This document shows, one piece after another, positions 54,523 through 64,000 of a stretch of 64,000 nucleotides of DNA. The first letter of the stretch is position 1. Each line of letters begins with the position of its first letter. The DNA is from Octopus vulgaris (Eukaryota): positions 49,786,001 to 49,850,000 of the forward strand of contig OX597820.1 in the NCBI GenBank assembly GCA_951406725.2, written 5' to 3'. The translations under genes and the position numbers were made by a program. A model generated the notes under the pieces. It was not told where the DNA came from and did not search any database. It saw only the letters and a program-made list of their open reading frames with translations.

Positions 54523-55279
54523 CTAGGGAAACGTAACATATTTTGTGAACTGCAGACAAAAAATTATTTTTTATAAGATGCATTTTTATGAAATTTTATG
54601 AAAATATAATTTATATTGTGGACACACCAGAATTTTTTCCTTTTTTTTTTTTCGCAGAACATTGAAGTTTCCCGGAATCTACTTTAGAGAGAGACTGTTT
54701 CGAAAGAATTGTATTATGGAAGCGTTTTTAGTTATTTTCCAGTGAACCAAACAAGGAGAACAGAATTCACTTGTTTAATGGAGTATTCCGTCTATGTACT
54801 TGCGTTAATTTAAGTAATTCCTGGAAGTGGATAATATCTGAGACGCAATAATAACAAATCGTCATGTGCATAGTAATCAGCGGGTGTGAAAACGATGAAA
54901 TGCATATCGATTTATTATCGATTAGCAGCTATCAGCACACATGAGCAAAAATTTTGTTTACTGAAGTTATAAACAGGAGCCAGGATTTCTTGTTAGATTC
55001 ATTATTACAGAGTGACTTTGACTGATGATACTTTACGATGTTGAAACAACGTATGTCCCAGAGTCTCCTTACACTAGGAATCGACTGTGTTATGAGTACA
55101 TATTCGTCTGAAAGGAGAATTTGTTTTCCTACGACCGAACACATCAGTGATTAACATATCCACGTTCGAATCTGCCGGAACGTATTAAGCATGAATCTGG
55201 AAGTAATCGTAGTCTTCATATTATTTCAAATAAATTCCATGAAATTCGAAATAAGTAAAATTTTAATTATCGTACCTGA

Positions 55280-55480
55280 CTTTTATCCTTTCCTTGTTTC
55301 AGTCAATTGACTGCAGCCATGCTGGGGCACAGCTTTGAAGAATTTTCGTCGAACTTCAAGGGTATTTATCTTATCGGTCTCTTTTCCCGAACTGCTAAGT
55401 CAATGAGACGTAAGCACACAAACACCGGTTGCTAAGGCGGTGGAGGACACATACACAAAGACACGCAGACACATATATAC
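55280..55480 (-). mobile_element. SINE family B, degenerate 3' half
   Basis: CTTGTTTCAGTCAATTGACTGCAGCCATGCTGGGGCAC...ATCGGTCTCTTTT...CTGCTAAGT. Confidence 0.7.
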
Positions 55481-55499
55481 ACACACTCACTATATATAT

Positions 55500-55540
<41 letters not shown>

Positions 55541-56171
55541 GACATGTAAGTATGCACATATATAACGCTTCATTATTAGCTGCGCTGTCATAGACACCAG
55601 ATTTGGCATCTTCTCGTAACTTGACCATTTCAAAATGTGCTATAGTGACAAAATAATTAGAGGATCGGATAAAAATGCAGTTAAAACTCATAACGTTTTG
55701 AGTTTCAATCTAGCCAGTGTTCACATCATGTTTTATTCTTCCGGGCAAATTGTATGGTTATTTTGGTGCTCCACAATATATGGGCACATGTGTGATCTAT
55801 GCATGTTCTTGCTTGTAGTCAATACGTATATTAAGATAGGGCCCAGTACATCATTTCTACACCTGTTATGATGGATTTGACTCAGAGATCGATAAAATAG
55901 GGTAAAGTACTGACGTTTAATCAATTCACTAACATTTTACTCCATCAAAAAGTTTTAGGACATGTGCCCTTTATTAGCAGCAATTGAGACATTGTGGTCC
56001 TTGGCATTTTAATTCTAAACCACAACGTCGTTCGTCGATCTTTGATTACTTTGTTTTACTGATGAATAGAGGAAGTTCCAGTCAAATACTAGGGTCCATG
56101 TAATCGATTATTCCCTCCTCCTACATTTGTAGTGGATACATACACACATAAAACAAAACATACAAATCTGC

Positions 56172-56710
56172 ACATATACATACATACATACATTATGGCT
56201 GCCCCCTCGTTATCGAGTATGGCCATTGCACGACGCTTAACTGTTACTGGTGCTGTGATCGAATGTGACTTTTTAGCCCAGCTAAAGATCCACAATGTCC
56301 TGTACAAAATTGGCAACTAAAACCTTCACCGGTAATAGCCGGCTGTAGTTGTAACTGGGCTTCAAGTACCTTTGCATGTCATTTAAGTCCTCCTGCCGAA
56401 TTACACCCTCTTCCACTTGCCCGACAGATATGATTAATGTGGTGTGTTACACTACCACCAGTGGCCAGGTTGTCACTCATCTGTCTTGCTTTATGACTAC
56501 GAAGATGACTCTTGAGTCCAGCTTTACCGAGGCAGAGTCTTGCACAGACATTGCATGTCAGCATCAAAGGAAGACACTTCCCATCTGGAAGTGTAACAGC
56601 GATGCCCTTCCTGACATCCCTCCTTACTTTCTCATGTGCAACTCGAGATTTCTCAAAAGTGGCTGTCCCCTCGTGCACAATCCTTCTCCACCTGCTACGA
56701 TCAATAGCTA
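56172..56710 (-). mobile_element. RTE-clade LINE 3' end with (TATG)n tail
   Basis: AIDRSRWRRIVHEG..FE and C2H2 motif CNVCARLCLGKAGLKSHLRSH; (TATG)n on both sides. Confidence 0.8.
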
Positions 56711-57173
56711 CATACATACATACATACATACATACATACATACATACATACATACATGCATAAGCATATATATATACACATACATACAAAAATACACAGC
56801 TGACGTTGCTGAAATTCCAATGAAGTGGCCTTGGATCTAGGTTAGAAACCGGCTCTTTTCTATTGGCAAGAAATCTTGAAATAAAACTGAATTATGATAT
56901 ACACAAATATACACACACTCAGATAGTCACACGCACACACACATACACTCACACGAACGCACAGACATACACACACGCACGCATACACTCAAACCCGCGC
57001 ACGCAAGCAGGCACGCACACACATATATGGAAAGATAGATAGATATATGCACATATATGTATTTATATGTGTGTATACATATTGTATACATACATACGTA
57101 TGTACTGACACACGTATATATATGGATAACTAGCTAGCTAGATTGATATATATATATATGTGTGAATGAATGA

Positions 57174-57209
<36 letters not shown>

Positions 57210-57460
57210 ACTCGTTGTTCCTTTATAATACCCTTAATCCTGCAGATGTAGATTCTGTGTCACGTGATGTCAAGTTAGAGTAAAATGCACCCGGTGACCC
57301 CTTTAATCTGCTTGAGCCTTTTAAGCAGATAGTTTTGAAATTATTGCTTAGCTGACAATCTACTTCCTTACTTGCACATACACACGCACGATAAACAAGC
57401 TTTGACATACACAAATAGCAACACGCCAACACACGCACATACATACACACACACACACAA

Positions 57461-57498
<38 letters not shown>

Positions 57499-58916
57499 CC
57501 CTCACATAAGCACGCATATATTCAAGGCAACATAAACATTCTATAGAAACGTAACCGGATCATTAACACATATTTCTACTAAATAAATTGCAACCATATA
57601 TACACACACATATACAAGTGAGATACATTAAGAATAAAGAGTTCAAAAAGAGATAAGTTTATTGTTGTGATTCGTATTGTGGTTACTGTCGTTTCCAGCT
57701 TCAGTTAGGCATGATTGAGGAAACATATGATTAAAGACAATCCGATAATGACCATCCTGTTTCATCCAATATGAGGAGGAACGCAAGAACGTATTATCTA
57801 ACGTCCACCGATTTTTCTGTGAAGAATCCTGGTACGATTTTAGAGTGATCTACTGGCTATTTCTAGTGGGACTAGCCTCTACTTGGAGGATCAAACACCT
57901 ACTCATCAGGTTCTCTCAACTAGGATGAGGTGACATGCAACTTGATTGTAGCTCTATTTATTTCATCCCTTTATGTTCGAATTCCGCTAAGGTCGACTTA
58001 GCCTTTCATCCAACAACATAAATCAATTAGGAAATTTGTTAGTTCTAATTAACTGTATCCTCTCACCAATCGTGCCCATGCTAAGAATTCTTATTGTGGT
58101 TCAGAGAGGAGTAAGTGCAGCATCTTGACCTTATTTATTTTTTTTTTTGTATGTCTCCGAAGACTAGTGAGGTAAAGCGAGAAATAAATTATTACAAGTA
58201 ACTGATCAGACTCTACTAAAGGCACGTGAGGCCTTGAGAATCGTGGGCAACAGGGTTAAGGTTTATGTTTATTACGCAAGAGGAGCTGCAGTTACTTTAA
58301 ACATGCTTCCGATATTCTTCGGTTTATTCATTTTCATTTGAAAGATATGGATTGATTCCAGGCGAAAGCGGGACTACCTGAATGCGAAACAATTTTTTAA
58401 AATAATTTTTAAAAGCACAAGACATACAAATCCGGCTGGAAAAAAAAAACGTAATATATGAAGGCGATGTTCATGTTTCGGAGAATAATTGGAAATTGTT
58501 ACACCAGATAAATTATAAAGCCAAGAAAAGTGTTTGGTTGAACTCTACAGTTCATTCGAGTTTCTGTAGAGAAATTCTATATTTCAATATATACATGTGA
58601 CTGACGATGGGATATCGAAAATATATTGAGTTTGCAAAGTGGTATGATGGATGATAGGGGAAGAATCGCAAAGCTGGTGATACTTCAGGATTTAAAAATT
58701 TTGCTATGAGGCAAAAACCCTTCATGGAAGACGCGGTGTTATAAATTTTCACTACTTAGAAGTGCAGACTGATTTCGCTTAACTTCAGTTCAGATAAGAG
58801 TTGTCTAATATCAATCATATACATATAAGCACATATAAATTATATTAAGATGCATATATAAATTACACACATACACAAGCACACATGTACCTATGTATAT
58901 TTATGTATATATATGC

Positions 58917-58964
<48 letters not shown>

Positions 58965-59365
58965 TCTCTCTTTTTACTCTTTTACTTGTTTCAGTCATTT
59001 CGCAGTGGCCATGCTGGAGCACCGCCTTTAGTCGAGCAAATCGACCCCAGGACTTGTTTTTTGTAAGCCTAGTACTTATTATATCAGTCTCTTTTGCCGA
59101 ACCGCTACGTTACGGGGACGTAAACACACCAGCATCGGTTGTCAAATGAGGTTGGTGGGGGGGGGACAAACACAGACACACAAACACGTACACACACATA
59201 TACATATATATATATACATATATACGACAGGCTTCTTTCAGTTTCCCTCTACCAGATCCACTCACAAGGCTTTGGTCGGCCCGAGGTTTTAGTAGAAGAC
59301 ACTTGCCCAAGATGCCACGCAGTGGGACTGAACCCGGAACCATGTGGTTCGTAAGCAAGCTACTT

Positions 59366-61298
59366 TATTTTAAATAATTTGCCACTAGGGCAGCACACAG
59401 AGTAGTAGCTACGGGCTGGACAAGGACATTAATGGATGATGGTGGTGGTTGATGAAGATGGTGATGGGAGAAGTCGAAAGCGCCCGCCGACTTTTGCTTC
59501 TCTAAAACAATGTTTCAATAAATACATTTAATAAACAATGAAGCAAATTGTCTTGCCGCCTGCAGACAATTCTGCGACGACAAGTCGGGGCCTGCAAAGA
59601 GAAAGGTAAAGTCTTTCTTTTCAAAGGTCTCTGCGACCCTTGACAAAGTATCTTCTGTTACTTTTTCCGCAGCTACCTGCGGAGGCCATAACGGACTCCT
59701 TGAGCCGACCGTGTCCTTACGCTCTCGGTCACCCAAGCCATTCAAGAATCTTTCAACCTCCTCTCCCTTGTGGTAAAGGAGGAGAAGCATCTCCTCTTCA
59801 CAGAGAGGGACCTCACACTGCTCCGTCGGTGGCACACTTCCCACTGGCGGAGCCTTGTCCGCGGGTGGCACACATCCCACCCACGGCTCCGTCGGCGACA
59901 CAGAAACGTCAGTCGTCCGACCTCTCCTTTTTCTCCTCCTTCTTTTGGGGGAGACTGCTGACCCAGGGGACTCCGTCACCAGACACGGGGGATTGCTATC
60001 CCCCTTTGCCCCCTGAGCGTTCTTTGGCGGGCAACCATTGTTGCTCGCCTTTCTCTTTCTTTTCGTGGAGGCAACCTCCTCCACGACTTCCATCGTCTCC
60101 CCCTCCAATGAGGGGGCGGCGGGCGCCTTTTCCCCTCTCTGCTCCGGGGTACCACTACGGCCCCTGGGACAATTCTTCCTGATATGTCCGGGCTTCAGGC
60201 ACAGGTGACACTTGGGGGGGCGACCCTCGAGTATCACCGGGTACCTGTGCCCAGCCATTCTCAGGAAGTCCGGGAATTTCATTTCCCCCACGGCTATCGG
60301 TGTCCACAGGGTCAAAGTTGCCCTCGACCCCTGCCAGGCGACCGCGGGAGCCACCTTCACACTCAGCAGTCTGGGTCCGCTATCCCCCAGGCCTCGCCGG
60401 ATGGTCTTCTCGATCCATTCCGCCTCCGTGCCCGGGGGCAGCCCACACACCCAGGCTATTTTCACTTTTCTGCCACAATACGAGGGGAGGAACAAAATTT
60501 CCTCTCCCTCCAGTGGCTCGCTAGCAAATCTGCTAGCTTCCTCGGGGGTACCAAACAGCAACCAGACCGTTGCAAATTTACTCCCCGAGAAATAAATTTT
60601 ATAGTTGGCAGGTAGTCCCCCAACTCTTTCTCTATAGTATTCTTGTCGAAGAGGGCAATGGCTCCACGCGACCTAGAATAGGTTCGTAGGACCACCGTCC
60701 TCTTCTCAAGACTTTCAATCCACTGCTTGGGTGGGACGACCTCCCATTCCAAAGCGGTGGTTTCTTTTGTTGCCATGTTTTTTTTGTTTTTTTTTAAATA
60801 AATGTATTTAGAATAAAACTAAAAAACGAGAAGAAAAGGAAATCCGAAGAATGTCACAATGAAAAACGGAGAGAGTCAAATAAAGTTGAAAAGAAAGTCA
60901 AATAAAGTTAAAAAGAAAGTCAAAAACACAGCAAAATCCTTTTGGCCATTTGGTACTCCCGGCCTAAATCGAACCAGGATCGCACAACTTCCACAAAAAT
61001 TGGTGTAAAATTGGTAGTTCTTCACAGCACCATACAATTTTCACAATTCGAAGACGGATACGCCCCCCAAAATTTTCTCAGCGAGAAAAATATATCTGCC
61101 ACATGTCGGCAGAATCAGAATTCTGAATCCAGTAGGACTTCCTGCATGTAGAAAATAATTCTCAACAAAAACTCCCACTGGACCCAGAAAACAGAATCTT
61201 ACCTTACATGGGGCTTCCAAAGTTTCAATTCAAGACGGCTTCAAAAGCACATCTTCACTGCTTCAGTAGCAAACACAACACTGACTCGCACATGCGCA
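59366..61298 (-). mobile_element. ORF1-only (gag-like) non-autonomous retroposon, copy 2
   Basis: TSD GT(A/T)AGCAAGCTACTT at 59351-59365 and 61299-61313; ~520-bp 5' UTR, one ORF, ~150-bp 3' UTR ending ...TTTAAAATA; no RT or endonuclease. Confidence 0.88.
59515..60776 (-). CDS. Tx1/L1-like ORF1 nucleic-acid-binding protein with CCHC zinc knuckle (one frameshift near 60575)
   Basis: ORFs 60462-60776 and 59515-60561 join into ~420 aa; FPDFLRMAGHRYPVILEGRPPKCHLCLKPGHIRKNCP (CX2CX4HX4C); basic patches KRKRK and KRRRRKRR. Confidence 0.8.
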
Positions 61299-61769
61299 GT
61301 TAGCAAGCTACTTACCACACAACCACTCCTACGCCTATATATATGTATACTTATGTACAAACACATACCCACTCTCACCTCTCTCTCTCTTTCTCTCTTT
61401 CTCTCTATCTCCTATGTTTCTCTTTCTTCCCCCTCTCTTTGTTTCTCTTTCTCTCCTCTATCTCACTTCCACTCTTCTCCCTGATTCTTCACTCACTCTT
61501 TTTTCGTATGTGTTCCTCCCGTTTCGTCCTTCCTTATTTCTCCTCTTCTTTGCAAAACCTTTTTGACGCCACGTAACCAATCCGTTTCCTGTTGGAGCAG
61601 TAATCGTGTTAGCTTTCTCTCAGCCATGGGTTCCTCTTATTTTTCCATCATTCTTCCTATCCTGTTCTCTGTCTCTCTACTTTCCTCTTCAAGTCCAGTA
61701 GGACGTTTACCGTTTGCGATGCTTCTGCGTATGTCATGTCTCAAGCTGTCTCATTGCTCTCTCTCTCTT

Positions 61770-61801
<32 letters not shown>

Positions 61802-61866
61802 CCTCAATCACTCACTCACTCACTCACTCACTCACTCACTCACTCACTCATACTCTCTCTCTCTTG

Positions 61867-61899
<33 letters not shown>

Positions 61900-61900
<1 letters not shown>

Positions 61901-62363
61901 GTACGTTTAAATATTTGTTGTGCAAGATTTTTTATGTGAAGTCGTGTGTTGAAACAGATATTGTTATATTTCGGAATGGTCATTTTGCCAGTTTAGCCAA
62001 TAAAAACACACGCACTATATATTTGGTGTTATTTTGCTTCATTGCTATTTATTTTTTACATTAATCTTAATCTTATTTCGGCCAGATTTCTTTCGTCACA
62101 CTCCTGTGACCGCATCAGTGGTCCTTTGTTTTCTTCTTTCTTATTTGTGTCTCTCCTTACTAACCGTAGTAAGGAGAGACACAAATAAGAAAGAAGAAAA
62201 CAAAGGACCACTGATGCGGTCACAGGAGTGTGACGAAAGAAATCTGGCCGAAATAAGATTAAGATTAATGTAAAAAATAAATAACAATGAAGCAAAATAA
62301 CACCAAATATATAGTGCGTGTGTTTTTATTGGCTAAACTGGCAAAATGACCATTCCGAAATAT

Positions 62364-62371
<8 letters not shown>
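61900..62371. mobile_element. Fold-back element: 414-bp palindrome (205-bp arms, 4-nt loop) plus ~58-bp unpaired extension, in (TA)n
   Basis: 61958-62162 vs 62167-62371, one mismatch seen; loop ACCG. Confidence 0.93.
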
Positions 62372-62434
<63 letters not shown>

Positions 62435-63249
62435 TAAATATATATATATAAATATAAGTGTATGTGTGTATTTGTGTGTATATGTATGTGTATATAGCAA
62501 CTGCTTGTGTCGTTCTTCATCGTCTTGTCCTTTTTCTATCGTAGCTCTTCGCTTATTTATGTTTCCGCCACCGTCCTTACGCTCGCTCACTTAACCTAGT
62601 ATCTTTTTTGCAGTTTGTTGACGCCACCAAAATGTACTATCTTAGCGACGGAGGGTCGATATTCTGATGATTTGGAGCCGACAGCTGATGTGATTAACAT
62701 GGTCGTGTCTTGTGTAATTTTCTTTCTATTCCATTGTCGTTCTTCTCTGCAGTTTTTTTTTACTCTGCATATACACCTCGGTTGTCTTACGAATCCGAGA
62801 AAGATGACTCCAGCCATGATTTCTTTACAGTGATCGAAAGTTTGTGCAGTCCATGAGCTCACTCACTCCATCAAATTAAAACATTGCCTATACAGGTCAA
62901 CGTTCTGTCGCAATTTAGTTCTCGAAGTATTTACAGAGCAATTTGATATGAAGAGTTTTGCTCAAGAACACAACGCACCGCCGGGTCCAGAGAGCGAATA
63001 GTGGGAGAAAAACATACAGAATGCAATATTGAAATGATTATCTTACCAACATCATTAGCTAATGAAGTTCATAAGATAATTATTTATTCTATCTACATCA
63101 GTTTTTGTTTCTTATTACTGCTCTGTACTTCAATAACGCCTCGTTCAGAACCCTACGTATATTCAGTTCTACACTAAGTTATTAGTTTCGCAATACCTAA
63201 GTGAAATATCTATCTATCTTTCTACCTACTTACCTACCTATCTATCTTT

Positions 63250-63400
63250 TTCTTTTTTTCTTTTTTTTTGTTCTTTTTCCCCTTTTACGATCCCTTTTGA
63301 TCGAAAACCTACGTAACCTTTTTTTTTCTCCCCCAAAAGAAAAGCTCTACCTTGTAACTTGTCCCATCTGTGTGCAGCCCTGTGTGGCCAATAAAGAAAC
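63250..63400 (+). mobile_element. 3' end of a retroposon embedded in (TCTA)n, homologous to 43680-43810
   Basis: ACGATCCCTTTT.ATCG...CCCCAAAAGAAAAGCTCTA...TCTGTGTGCAGCCCTGTGTGGCCAATAAAGAAA. Confidence 0.7.
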
Positions 63401-63486
63401 TTATCTATCTATCTATCTATCTATCCATCCATCCATCAATCCATCCCTCCCTCCATCCATCCATCCATCCATCCATCCATCCATCC

Positions 63487-63567
<81 letters not shown>

Positions 63568-64000
63568 AGTGTGAGTGATAAAGTAGAAACGTACATAAAT
63601 GCAAACATACACCAATAAATACATGCATACATACATACATACATACATACATACATACATACATACATACATACATACACACATACATACATAACATAAC
63701 ATAACATAACAATATACATAACATATATACATACATACATGCATACATACATAAAAACTATGGTCGAAATAAAAAAAGAAATGAAAGCTATAACAAAAAC
63801 GCCGTATTCATATACCACCAAGATAACGTGAAGTCTTTCGAGTTTTCAGAATTTCGTATATATAAGGCTACAACTACTGAAAACTCACACGTAACAAATA
63901 ATACATTTAATATCTCTTTCTTGCCAAAATCGTATTACTGACCAGCAAAACTGTCAGCTTTATTCGACTGTTTCCTTACATCTATCACAGCGAACAGGAG

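Larger units (their letters stand above)
58961..61336 (-). mobile_element. Full-length SINE family B interrupted by the insertion 59366-61298
   Basis: SINE runs 58961-59365 and resumes at 61299-61336. Confidence 0.92.

Noticed and set aside
60573-60579. A-AAU-UUG heptamer at the ORF1 frame change, suggesting a programmed -1 frameshift
   Set aside because: G is disfavoured in the last position, copy 1 lacks the heptamer (GTC AAC), and a 1-nt loss in the T run (mutation or sequencing error) explains it more simply.
59640-60615. Several 120-180 aa plus-strand ORFs
   Set aside because: Antisense shadows of the GC-rich ORF1 coding sequence.
62034-62295. Near-identical 79-aa ORFs on both strands
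   Set aside because: Trivial consequence of the palindrome; no protein features.

Overview
AT-rich eukaryotic (animal) genomic DNA with no recognisable host protein-coding exon. The combination of very dense (TA)n/(TATG)n/(TCTA)n microsatellites, tRNA-derived CORE-type SINEs and these LINE types suggests an octopus or other cephalopod genome (inference, not verified). Almost all ORFs in the supplied track are microsatellite artefacts. Real coding remnants all come from transposable elements: CR1-like RT, HERO- and R4-like RLE LINEs, RTE, a Penelope-like RT + GIY-YIG element, Tc1/mariner, Chapaev3, a Helitron and a MITE. Three systems stand out. (1) Two diverged elements encoding only an ORF1/gag-like protein, with no RT, are each inserted at exactly the same nucleotide of the same SINE family with a 15-bp target duplication. 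They look like a SINE-targeting, non-autonomous Tx1-like retroposon. (2) A near-identical 536-bp tandem repeat carries an intact type I hammerhead ribozyme in each unit (retrozyme or Penelope pLTR-like), and many decayed hammerhead motifs occur across the window. (3) A series of fold-back palindromes sits in (TA)n tracts. Boundaries of degenerate elements are approximate and were read by eye.
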